Shown: in pieces, positions 40,656 through 49,736 of the stretch | How the letters are laid out: every line of letters begins with the position of its first letter | How positions within the stretch are numbered: position 1 is the stretch's first letter | Assembly (NCBI GenBank): GCA_044341565.1 | Contig: JBIIRM010000004.1 | Coordinates: 8,764 to 72,763 of the forward strand | DNA: 64,000 nucleotides | DNA from: Minisyncoccia bacterium | GTDB taxonomy: Bacteria > Patescibacteriota > Minisyncoccia > SW-4-49-11 | Direction of reading: 5' to 3' | The notes under the pieces: model-generated | What the model saw: the letters and a program-made list of their open reading frames with translations, nothing else | What the model was told of the DNA's origin: nothing | Databases searched by the model: none | Position numbers and translations under genes: made by a program

Positions 40656-42392
40656 TTAAGACTCTAAATGCTCTATCAAATCCATAACTTTGATCCAGAG
40701 AGCCTCTTGAGCTACGAGTTTTTCAGGAGCTTCTGCAATACCTAGTCTCACATCTTCTTTGAGATCAGCAATTTTCTTATCTATTTTATTTAATTCTTTG
40801 CGAGCTTGATATAATTCTCTTTTACGAGTTTTCTCATCTCCGGCATAGGTAGACATGGTTTGCGTAATGGCCTCAGTATTCTGCTCTTTAGTTTGATCAG
40901 CATGATGCTGTAAACTCCATACATATTCCTCATAATTCCCATTATATTTGGTGATAGCTCCATCTTTTACCTGCCAAATCATAGTTGCAAGATTATTGAC
41001 AAAACTTCTATCATGGCTCACAAAAATAAGAGTTCCTCCCCATTCTGCTAGGGAACTTCCCATAATTTCTACGGTTTCCATATCGAGATGGTTTGTAGGT
41101 TCATCCAAAATCAAGACATCATATCCTTCGAGGAATACTGCTGCGAGTCGCAATCTTGCTTTTTCCCCTCCTGATAATACGGTGAGAGGTTTATCATGTT
41201 CTGCTTTAGAGAATAAGAAACTCCCCAGAGTTTTTTTGACATCATCATCACTAATATTGATATCTGCAACTTTTCTTAGATAATCATAAATAGTAGACTG
41301 ATTTTGAGTATCAAATTCTACACTTTGGGCAAAATATCCAATTTTAAGACCATTACCAAATTTAAATTCACCATTTAATAATGGTAATTCACCAGATAAA
41401 GTTTTGAGTAAAGTAGATTTACCTTGTCCATTATCTCCCAGTACCGCAATTTTTTGACCTCTCTCTACATACAGATTTTGACCCTCTGCAATTATAGTTT
41501 GATCATATCCAATACTAATACGAGGTATATCTAATCCCATACCTGAGCTTTTTGCAATAAAAGGTAAATGCATTCTTACTTTTGAACTAGGGGTATATAT
41601 AGTCTTTTTCTCCTGAGATAATCTCTCAATATGTTTTTGCTTTGATTTAGCCTGGGCAGCCTTACTAGCCTTTGCTCCAAAGCGGTCAATGAATTCTTGT
41701 AATTGAGCTTGTTTTTTCTCAATATTAGCATTGGTACGAATAATCTGATTTTGTACAGTTTGCTTATATTCTAGATAATCATCTACATTCCCAGGATACA
41801 GAGAGATTTGACCCTGATCAACCTCTATAGTACTTGTCATTACACGCCTCAAGAATTCTCTATCATGAGTAATAAGTAATACTGTACCTTTAAAAGATAT
41901 CAGCCAATGCTCTAATAACAGAATAGTGGAGAGATCAAGATAATTGGTTGGTTCATCCAAAAGGATAAGATTTGGTTTTGCCATTAACATTCGAATAAGC
42001 TTCAATCGCATACGATATCCTCCAGAAATATCTCCAATAGGAAGCTCTAATTTTTCTTTTGGCATATCGAATTCCAGGGCTTGTTTGAATATTTCCCAAT
42101 CTTGACTTTGAGTGGTCTCAATCAAATAATCAATTCCTGTTTGCTCTAAATCAAATTCATCTTCTTGAGCAATATAGCCAATACGAGTAGACTTATCGAG
42201 AGTAATACTCCCATCATCAGGCTCTTCTAATCCTAAAACCATGCGGAATAAGGTGCTTTTCCCCGCTCCATTACGTCCAAGTACACCATAAATTTCTCCC
42301 TCATGAATAGAGCAAGTAGCAGTATTAAATATAACCTTGAGTCCATAATGTTTCTCAAGGTTATATATACGAATAAGTTCTTTTTTAGCCAT
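40656..42392 (-). CDS. ABC-F family ATPase
   Basis: Two NBDs (GRNGAGKS/LDEPTN; GDNGQGKS/LSGGE/LDEPTNHLD), interdomain linker, no TM. Confidence 0.95.
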   Translation of the reverse strand: MAKKELIRIYNLEKHYGLKVIFNTATCSIHEGEIYGVLGRNGAGKSTLFRMVLGLEEPDDGSITLDKSTRIGYIAQEDEFDLEQTGIDYLIETTQSQDWEIFKQALEFDMPKEKLELPIGDISGGYRMRLKLIRMLMAKPNLILLDEPTNYLDLSTILLLEHWLISFKGTVLLITHDREFLRRVMTSTIEVDQGQISLYPGNVDDYLEYKQTVQNQIIRTNANIEKKQAQLQEFIDRFGAKASKAAQAKSKQKHIERLSQEKKTIYTPSSKVRMHLPFIAKSSGMGLDIPRISIGYDQTIIAEGQNLYVERGQKIAVLGDNGQGKSTLLKTLSGELPLLNGEFKFGNGLKIGYFAQSVEFDTQNQSTIYDYLRKVADINISDDDVKKTLGSFLFSKAEHDKPLTVLSGGEKARLRLAAVFLEGYDVLILDEPTNHLDMETVEIMGSSLAEWGGTLIFVSHDRSFVNNLATMIWQVKDGAITKYNGNYEEYVWSLQHHADQTKEQNTEAITQTMSTYAGDEKTRKRELYQARKELNKIDKKIADLKEDVRLGIAEAPEKLVAQEALWIKVMDLIEHLES

Positions 42393-42448
42393 AGTATATA
42401 ATATATTCGTCTCCTACTATGACATAAAAATCAAGTTTTGACAAGCTA

Positions 42449-42772
42449 TTATTGAGCTGGATTTGGAGTGTCTGTGACAGTCCCAGGGGTATTCTCAGGA
42501 AGAGTTCCACCGGCACTATTATTAGTGGTAGGAGTTCCTGTATCTGGAGCTGGTTCAGATATTCCCGCAGCAGGGTTTACTGGAAATTCATTAGTTTGAA
42601 TAACCTCTTCTAGCACAGGAGCTGGTTCATTACTTTGTCTATACAAAAGATATCCCAATACAGCTCCTCCTATTACAATAAGAATTAAAAGGATAATAAC
42701 AGTTTTAGAATTACCACTAGGTTGTAGAGCTTGTTCTTGAGAAATTTCAGGTGTTCCGAATGTGTCTGCCAT
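42449..42772 (-). CDS. Membrane-anchored low-complexity protein (paralog lacking the cyt b5 domain)
   Basis: MADTFGTPE...SKTVIIL shared with the adjacent gene; Pro/Thr tail. Confidence 0.7.
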   Translation of the reverse strand: MADTFGTPEISQEQALQPSGNSKTVIILLILIVIGGAVLGYLLYRQSNEPAPVLEEVIQTNEFPVNPAAGISEPAPDTGTPTTNNSAGGTLPENTPGTVTDTPNPAQ

Positions 42773-42785
42773 AATATATATTTAA

Positions 42786-43313
42786 TTATTGTTCTATCTT
42801 ACCAACGGGTCGAGCATAAGGACTGAATTGACCAATCTCTTCAATAGGAGGTTGGCCATTTCTCTCCTCAGTCAAAATTTTAGTTCCATCTTTTCCACAA
42901 ATATCTTCTGCTTTTATACCTAATGGCTGCCCTCTTCTTATGAAATCAGAAGTATCATATACTGCTCCATTGATTATAGTCCAGCAACCACCTCTTTTGG
43001 AAGTATCCTCAAATTGTTTTTTTGTAATAGTAAAGTCAGGTACTCTTTCAGCTCTTCTTTTAGCTAAAGTTTCTTTATCTACAGGTGTTGTAGGAGCTGT
43101 TGTAGTATTAGTTGTGTCAGATTTTGCTGGGGCTACTTTATTAGCTTTTTCAGGAGGGTTAGCACTATTATTTTTATTCTGAACTGCTATAGTAATTCCT
43201 AAACCAATACTAGCAAAAATAATAAGTACTATGAGAATAATTACAGTCTTAGAACTGTTTTTGGATGAACTTATTTCTGGGGATGCTTCTGGTGTGCCAA
43301 ATGTATCTGCCAT
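42786..43313 (-). CDS. Cytochrome b5-like domain protein lacking heme-ligand His
   Basis: CWTIINGAVYD...ICGKDGT; HPGG replaced by QPLG. Confidence 0.8.
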   Translation of the reverse strand: MADTFGTPEASPEISSSKNSSKTVIILIVLIIFASIGLGITIAVQNKNNSANPPEKANKVAPAKSDTTNTTTAPTTPVDKETLAKRRAERVPDFTITKKQFEDTSKRGGCWTIINGAVYDTSDFIRRGQPLGIKAEDICGKDGTKILTEERNGQPPIEEIGQFSPYARPVGKIEQ

Positions 43314-43329
43314 ATTGTATTTATATTAA

Positions 43330-43854
43330 TTATTTAGCTAATGTACCAATTTTAAATCCTGCTAATACATCACTTGCCCCACCTTCTTTATGTTCCATAG
43401 GTTTTGCAAATAATTGAGTTCCATCTTTTCCACAAATTTTTACAATTTCTGCCTCTCCACCTGGATGATTAGGTACATATGAAGTAATATCATATACATC
43501 CCCATTAATAATAGTCCAACATGAAGATTTAGTATTTTTCTCAGCAACCTGGGCTACAGTATATGTAGTTCCCGTTGGAATAAAATTAGGTGCGGGAGTA
43601 GAGCCAGCTGGTGGAGTTGTTGGGGTGGGAGGGGTAATTGATCCGGGAGCATCTGTACTAGGTACAACAGGTTCTGCTACTTTTGCAGAGTCACTTGTAG
43701 TAGCAGTTTTATTTGATTCAGCATTTGACTTATATACAAGATATCCCAAAAATCCAGCAGAAAGACCTATTAATACAATAAGAATAATAGTAAATTTTGA
43801 AGCTTTTGGGGCTTCTTTTTCTACGGGTGCATTAGGGGTGATTTCCGGTTCCAT
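43330..43854 (-). CDS. Membrane-anchored cytochrome b5-like heme/steroid-binding protein
   Basis: CWTIINGDVYDITSYVPNHPGG, CGKDGT, second His (MEH), FKIGTL. Confidence 0.9.
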   Translation of the reverse strand: MEPEITPNAPVEKEAPKASKFTIILIVLIGLSAGFLGYLVYKSNAESNKTATTSDSAKVAEPVVPSTDAPGSITPPTPTTPPAGSTPAPNFIPTGTTYTVAQVAEKNTKSSCWTIINGDVYDITSYVPNHPGGEAEIVKICGKDGTQLFAKPMEHKEGGASDVLAGFKIGTLAK

Positions 43855-43917
43855 AAAGATAATATTTATATTAGTAACTTATGATTATATAATATCATAA
43901 TGATTATTTTTTGCAAC

Positions 43918-45060
43918 TTATATATTCTTTTTCAATAAGGGTATTATAATTAACTCTATATTACGATATAAATAGGCAAATCCAAAAGAAATTGGAAGAG
44001 TTATAGTTAAGGGTACAAGAGTATAGAGAATAATTTGTACGAGTAATAATTGATTAGGAAATGGCTGTAACATAAACATAATTTGTTGTATAGGAAAATG
44101 AAATAAGAATATCCATAAGCTAATACGCCCTAGAGGAGTGAATATGTTTTGGAGAATTTTACTCATGGGACTGGATTTGTGTACATAATTCCATAATGTA
44201 AATATAACAGCAAAACCAAAGAATATCTGAACATTATAAAATGATAAAGATTTCACTATTGTTTCACTAAGATTAAGATATGGGAGCAATATAATAATAA
44301 GAGCTTGTAGTCCAAGATATATCCAAATTAATTCTCTCCATATCGAGGATGGGGCTTCAGTAAAAATATTTTTCCTTACCATTCCATATATAAAGAATAT
44401 AAGATATTGTCCACATAGGGGGATTCCCCATATATACCAAGTATCAGGGATAAGGAAAGATATAAGAGATATAATAAGAGCTCCTATGAGGAGATATTTG
44501 GGACTTCTATTGCGAATATAATCGAGCAATGGGTATAAGAGATATAATTGGAATAATACCGGGATAAAATAAAATGGTATGGCAGCCTCCCCAGATATTA
44601 GTAATTTAGGAAGATTACTATCCCCACTATACCCTACTTTCCATAATATGATGGATAGCATAATATAGGGTATTGCAATACGAATAATTTTACTGCCATA
44701 AAAGTATAGTATAGCTCCCCTATTCCATATAAAAGGATTTAATAATAATCCTGATATAAATAAAAAAACAGGAATAGCAAAGCGGAATATATTATTGATA
44801 ACACTTAATACAATAATATCAAAATTAGTATTGTATTGAAGCATCAAAAAATAACAGGTATGGATAATTATTACCCCAATAATAGCAATTCCCTTGAGGG
44901 TATCAATAGCGGGGATTCTTTTTTGAGTGATTTTACTATTTTGGGTATCAATATTCCAAAATAATCGTGCATAACGAGGAGTAAACAACAGGATAATAGT
45001 TCCTGTAATAATAACCAGATATTCTAATAGGAATTGAATTTGGACTTGTAAAATATTCAC
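43918..45060 (-). CDS. Acyltransferase family 3 (AT3) membrane protein
   Basis: IDTLKGIAIIGVIIIH, RFAIPVFLFISG, SLWIFLFH. Confidence 0.9.
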   Translation of the reverse strand: MNILQVQIQFLLEYLVIITGTIILLFTPRYARLFWNIDTQNSKITQKRIPAIDTLKGIAIIGVIIIHTCYFLMLQYNTNFDIIVLSVINNIFRFAIPVFLFISGLLLNPFIWNRGAILYFYGSKIIRIAIPYIMLSIILWKVGYSGDSNLPKLLISGEAAIPFYFIPVLFQLYLLYPLLDYIRNRSPKYLLIGALIISLISFLIPDTWYIWGIPLCGQYLIFFIYGMVRKNIFTEAPSSIWRELIWIYLGLQALIIILLPYLNLSETIVKSLSFYNVQIFFGFAVIFTLWNYVHKSSPMSKILQNIFTPLGRISLWIFLFHFPIQQIMFMLQPFPNQLLLVQIILYTLVPLTITLPISFGFAYLYRNIELIIIPLLKKNI

Positions 45061-45500
45061 TATTTTAACTCAGGGATAAGAGTTGGTATATAGGGCTGAA
45101 TAGGGAAAATAAAAGTACGGGTACCTGTCCTCTTAATTAAATCATTAAATTGGCGTATATCTATATTATGCGTTTCAACTAATTTATCATATGTACTTTT
45201 CTTTGCATTAAAATCATCAACAGATTCATTATATTTTGGTACAAATTCATTATATTGTGCTATTTTTTTATTAGAAAGTAATTCATCCAAAGTCTCTTTT
45301 TCTTTATTGAGTCCAAGTGTTTTCTGTTCTAATTCCTGTTGTTTCTCTTCAATTACAGAATAGTTTATATTAATGGTATTTTCCAATGATCGAGCTGTTT
45401 GAGTATCCTCATAGTTGATATATTCTTGCCAACCCCACCAAGCTATATTGGCAGCTCCATATAAGACTAAGAATACAGCTAATAGTTTTAATATTGTCAT
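45060..45500 (-). CDS. Hypothetical TM + coiled-coil protein
   Basis: 146-aa ORF overlapping the start of the next gene. Confidence 0.7.
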   Translation of the reverse strand: MTILKLLAVFLVLYGAANIAWWGWQEYINYEDTQTARSLENTININYSVIEEKQQELEQKTLGLNKEKETLDELLSNKKIAQYNEFVPKYNESVDDFNAKKSTYDKLVETHNIDIRQFNDLIKRTGTRTFIFPIQPYIPTLIPELK

Positions 45501-45570
45501 ATGAATATAGATAATGTTTATTTTATTTAACTATATAAAGTATAGCGTAAATTGTGTAGTAAGTAAAATT

Positions 45571-45999
45571 CTATGTAGATATTGGGTATTTCTTTTTCAT
45601 ATCATTATATCCTTTTTTGATGAGCTCAGATAATACATTAATATCTATATCAGATAATTTATTAATATACAGACAAGATACACTGGTCTTATGTTTTCCA
45701 AGCTTTGCTAGGAGATCTTGATATTGTTTAAATCCAGGCATAATATACACAGTAAGATTAGCTTTGCGAGGTGAGAATCCCGTAAGAGGCCAATCCCCCT
45801 TTTGTGAACTTCGCATAGATTCATAATGATACTGACCAAATCCAATAATACTACTTCCCCAGAGTTTAGCTTTTTCCCCTGTTATCTTTTCAAATAGTTT
45901 AAGTAAAGTAAAAGCATGCTGTCTTTTAGCTTCTGGTTCAATGGTATTAAGGAAATCTAATACACTTGCATTTGATACTTTCGTTTTAATTTCAGCCAT
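45571..45999 (-). CDS. DUF1801 (YdhG-like) protein
   Basis: WGSSIIGFGQYHY, GFSPRK, LGKHKTSVSCLYINKL. Confidence 0.88.
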   Translation of the reverse strand: MAEIKTKVSNASVLDFLNTIEPEAKRQHAFTLLKLFEKITGEKAKLWGSSIIGFGQYHYESMRSSQKGDWPLTGFSPRKANLTVYIMPGFKQYQDLLAKLGKHKTSVSCLYINKLSDIDINVLSELIKKGYNDMKKKYPIST

Positions 46000-46012
46000 A
46001 GAATTAAAGTTA

Positions 46013-46189
46013 TTATGTCCTTAATATTTTATCCATAGATTTTCCTTTTGCGAGTTCATCAACTAGCTTATCTAAATATCAAACTTTTTGAGTTCTTCCT
46101 TTTTTCTCAACTTTCTGTATATACAGAGGATAAACTAAACCAAAGCTCATTTTAGCCATTCGTGCATCATGATGTTGGGTAGTGGTCAT
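46013..46189 (-). pseudogene. DUF2200-family remnant (internal deletion + in-frame TGA)
   Basis: MTTTQHHDARMAKMSFGLVYPLYIQKVEKKGRTQKV*YLDKLVDELAKGKSMDKILRT*. Confidence 0.75.
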
Positions 46190-46331
46190 AGCGAATCATA
46201 TTATTATGTATGTATCATAGTTTAAATACGTTATTTATCAAATATAGCTCATATAAGGATATCCACATATACAATTATTAAAGGAAAGTATATAATATAA
46301 ATGATCTTATTATATATTTTTAATTAATAAT

Positions 46332-47072
46332 ATGTTTGATATTCTATTTGCTCGTACATTCTTTATCGTGGGAGGTATGCTTGTTATAACCGCCATTACC
46401 GCTCTTATTAACAAAGGATTTGAGACCGCAGCAGAAATGTGGCTAAGCTTCTTTGCAGGTCTTGGGTTGTTAATTGCTATTTTCTTTTATGCAGATGTTT
46501 TTCCTACTAATTTGATTCTTGTTGGACTTTTCTCCGCTCTTGTAGGGTGGCAAGTTGGTCCAACAATATCAGGTTTAGGCCAACGATATAAGTTTAGAAA
46601 ACATCTCAAGGATAACAATATTATTATTGGTAAAGGACAAGATATTACAAAAGAACAACGAGAAGAATTTGCTACATCTTTTGATAGTACAAAATATCAA
46701 TCAGAATGGAATAATACGGTATTCCAAGCACTATTTGCTACAGCAATAGCAGTATTTGCCACCGGAGCTACTGTTTTCTTAACCAGTATTGATTTTAGTT
46801 TTTTGAATGGATTTTTATTTATTTCATTAATTATTTTACTTATTATGGGGCTCTTAAATGTATTCATATTCCGCTCCCATATGTTCACATTTATTAGTTC
46901 TTATTTTGGGGCTGTTATCTTTACCCTATATCTCTTATTCGATTTTAATAGACTAGAAGCGATGGCAGGAGATGAATCTTGGGCAACTGCTATAGATATC
47001 TCAGTTAATCTTTATTTAGACATTATTAATTTATTTTTGGATTTACTCACTATAATTTCCGAGTTCAATTAG
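46332..47072 (+). CDS. Bax inhibitor-1/YccA family membrane protein
   Basis: About 7 TM; LYLLFDFNR, NLYLDIINLF. Confidence 0.9.
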   Translation: MFDILFARTFFIVGGMLVITAITALINKGFETAAEMWLSFFAGLGLLIAIFFYADVFPTNLILVGLFSALVGWQVGPTISGLGQRYKFRKHLKDNNIIIGKGQDITKEQREEFATSFDSTKYQSEWNNTVFQALFATAIAVFATGATVFLTSIDFSFLNGFLFISLIILLIMGLLNVFIFRSHMFTFISSYFGAVIFTLYLLFDFNRLEAMAGDESWATAIDISVNLYLDIINLFLDLLTIISEFN

Positions 47073-47090
47073 GATACTATAGTAATATCT

Positions 47091-47807
47091 ATGAATCCTA
47101 TCATCAAAGATATACAAGACTCCCTTCGTCAATATGCTTCTCCCGAGAGGAAAATCAATGTAGAGAGATTTTTTAAGACAGGAAAAGGGCAATATGGAGA
47201 GGGCGATGAGTTCATTGGGGTAAGTAATCCCGATGTCAGAAAAGTCGCGAGGCAGTACAAAGATATCTCCTTAGATGAGATAGAATTACTACTCCATTCC
47301 CCTATTCATGAGGATAGATTATGTGCTCTCATTATACTCGTCAATCAGAATGATAAAGCCTATTCAGAAGCTCAGAAACAGATAGTTAATTTGTATATTG
47401 TCAATTTGCATTATATCAATAATTGGGATCTTGTGGACCTCTCAGCTCATTATATACTCGGTAAAGCCATATATGATGGGATACAGGAGAAAGCCATACT
47501 CGATACCCTAGTCGCCTCCCCTATTCTCTGGGAGCGAAGAGTTGCTATTATAACTACATTTTACTTTATCCATAAAGGCAATATTGATGAGACTTTGAGA
47601 TTATCTAAAGTTTTACTCTCCGATAAGGAAGATTTGATGCATAAAGCTGTAGGCTGGGCTCTCAGGGAAGCGTGGAAAAAGGACTCCCATCGAGTAGAAG
47701 GTTTCCTCCAAGAGAATTATCCCCATATCCCTCGCACCACTCTCCGCTATGCTATTGAGCGTATAGAGGAGAATAAGCGTAAGAGATTTTTGAAGGGGGT
47801 ATTTTAG
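47091..47807 (+). CDS. DNA alkylation repair protein (AlkD-like)
   Basis: FFKTGKGQYGEGD, NNWDLVD, WERR, HKAVGWALRE, RTTLRYAIE. Confidence 0.92.
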   Translation: MNPIIKDIQDSLRQYASPERKINVERFFKTGKGQYGEGDEFIGVSNPDVRKVARQYKDISLDEIELLLHSPIHEDRLCALIILVNQNDKAYSEAQKQIVNLYIVNLHYINNWDLVDLSAHYILGKAIYDGIQEKAILDTLVASPILWERRVAIITTFYFIHKGNIDETLRLSKVLLSDKEDLMHKAVGWALREAWKKDSHRVEGFLQENYPHIPRTTLRYAIERIEENKRKRFLKGVF

Positions 47808-47812
47808 ATTAA

Positions 47813-48859
47813 TTATTTCCTCATAACTATTTGTGCCAATTTAATCATTGTCCTAAATGAAATATCAGGAGATGCAACTTGATTTACCGTCCCAACGATA
47901 AACATATCTTCTTTTGGACTATAATACGCCAATGCACCCGAAAGTCCTGAATGTCCTATAAAATAAGGCATAGCCCCTGTCGGGTTAAAAATCCAAGGAA
48001 GTTTAAATAAGTGAATACCTATACCTGATTGCATAGGGAAAAAGATATTATTCCATTCTTGTAAATCATTTATATATTCTTTTGGGAATAATAAACCCGT
48101 AAAAAAGGCTTGAATAAAGATAAGTATATCCGCTGATGTTGATACAATACCACCATCTGCACCAAATGAGGTCATAGCTTTCGGGATATCAAGTTCATTC
48201 TCTTTATAATACAGTGTTTTCGGTGTCTTATCAGTTGCGTCTGTATACAAGTAGGTATGAGATAATTTAAGAGGCTTAATTATCAGCTCATCACAATTAG
48301 TAGCATAGGTTTTATTCGTAATCAGTTCAATAATTTTACCCAGCAATTGAAAATTAGCATCAGAATAATTGGCTTTATTTTTTGTCCCTGGAAGAAAAAG
48401 CGGTGGCATTGCTTTTGTTCTTTCAATAGCTTGCTCAAAAGTCCAAAATTGGTCATTCCCATTTTTGATATCATCTTCCAAACTTTGCCCCTCTCTTCCC
48501 TTTCCTTGAAAATAATCAGCCAGTCCAGATGTATGAGATAAGAGATGTTTGATAGTGATTTCATCTGAATAATCATTCCCTTTATATATATGTAAGCCAT
48601 TCATAATAGACTTATCCAGATATATACTGATTTTGTCTTCAAGTTTCAATTTCCCCTCTGACTTGAGATATAAGATAATAGCAGTAGTAAATAGTTTTGT
48701 TGTACTCGCAATAAAATAACTTTGATCAATAGAAAGATTCCCCGAAGCTCCAAACCATGTAAAATCCCCCTTTTTTATACCAAATGAAGCCCCAAATATT
48801 TTCTTCCTGTCAACGGTTTTATCTAGAATTGCTTGTAATGAATGTTCTTTTTCAATCAT
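47813..48859 (-). CDS. Serine hydrolase, beta-lactamase/PBP family
   Basis: ASTTK (SxxK), LLSHTSG, YSDANF, GHSG. Confidence 0.9.
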   Translation of the reverse strand: MIEKEHSLQAILDKTVDRKKIFGASFGIKKGDFTWFGASGNLSIDQSYFIASTTKLFTTAIILYLKSEGKLKLEDKISIYLDKSIMNGLHIYKGNDYSDEITIKHLLSHTSGLADYFQGKGREGQSLEDDIKNGNDQFWTFEQAIERTKAMPPLFLPGTKNKANYSDANFQLLGKIIELITNKTYATNCDELIIKPLKLSHTYLYTDATDKTPKTLYYKENELDIPKAMTSFGADGGIVSTSADILIFIQAFFTGLLFPKEYINDLQEWNNIFFPMQSGIGIHLFKLPWIFNPTGAMPYFIGHSGLSGALAYYSPKEDMFIVGTVNQVASPDISFRTMIKLAQIVMRK

Positions 48860-48934
48860 ATGTGTATGGGTATTGGGGTAAGTTATTACTATAGTAGCAT
48901 ATTGGGTTGTGGGGAGTAAAGCGGGGGGATTTTG

Positions 48935-49023
48935 CGGAGAGAAAGGGATTCGAACCCTTGATAAGTTTGACCCTATACTGCGTTTCGAATGCAGCGCAAT
49001 AAACCGGACTATGCGATCTCTCC
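48935..49023 (-). tRNA. tRNA-Ser(CGA)
   Basis: GGAGAGA/TCTCTCC acceptor, TT-CGA-AA loop, long variable arm. Confidence 0.92.
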
Positions 49024-49103
49024 AATAGTATGTATTATGGTCTATTTTTGTGATTATTTCAAGATAATGATAAGATATATAAATAGTATAAACTCATATT
49101 TTT

Positions 49104-49215
49104 ATGTCATTCCAAGGCTACGGCCATTATTAATTGGTTACATGAAGATTTTGATTTAGGACGTGGTCATGCTATGGCTATTGTAGCTACTTTTAAACAA
49201 TTTCATAAAGAGTAA
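49104..49215 (+). pseudogene. DUF4287-family remnant (internal deletion, frameshift)
   Basis: MSFQGY joined out of frame to AIINWLHEDFDLGRGHAMAIVATFKQFHKE*. Confidence 0.7.
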
Positions 49216-49220
49216 TAAAG

Positions 49221-49248
49221 AAAAAAGCCCTCCAAGTTGGACGGCTTT
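49221..49248. terminator. Bidirectional terminator-like hairpin
   Basis: AAAAAAGCC-C-TCCAAGTTGGA-C-GGCTTT between convergent genes. Confidence 0.6.
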
Positions 49249-49618
49249 ATTGAAGTACCCACACCGTGATTAGTGCTAAAGCAATTAAGGCTTTCCCAAT
49301 ATACACCTGAACAGGGGTGATGCATGGGAAATAATGAGGTATGAAAGAAGTGTCATAGGGTTCTTGCCCTCCTTTAGACATATACGCTTTTTCCCAGAGT
49401 GTTAGAGGACACTTTCCTTTGTAAAAAAAGGGTGTGACTGCGACTACACTAAAGAAAATAGTATAAAAAATGAGAAACCCGAAAGGAGCAAAGGGAAGAT
49501 AAATAACGCCCCCTACTACTGAAAGCACCAAAAGTTTATGTGCATCTGCAATTTTTTTTGCCATTGTCAAATACTCCACTTGAGAGACCTGATCACTTTT
49601 AGGAGTGGAAATCAGCAT
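49247..49618 (-). CDS. DUF2784-like membrane protein
   Basis: ADAH, CPLTLWE, FIPHY; start uncertain (49618 or 49564). Confidence 0.6.
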   Translation of the reverse strand: MLISTPKSDQVSQVEYLTMAKKIADAHKLLVLSVVGGVIYLPFAPFGFLIFYTIFFSVVAVTPFFYKGKCPLTLWEKAYMSKGGQEPYDTSFIPHYFPCITPVQVYIGKALIALALITVWVLQ

Positions 49619-49736
49619 GGAATTTGTATAAAAGAGCATCATTATACTAGCATAATATGTCAATTGGTACAAAATAGCGTATCTTGCCCTCTATAGCCTC
49701 TTATGATACTATAATACATATATTACAATACATTAT

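Noticed and set aside
46013-46189. In-frame TGA as evidence for genetic code 25 or selenocysteine
   Set aside because: TGA terminates genes such as dut; long genes have no internal TGA; the position is normally Arg (CGA>TGA) in an already deleted gene
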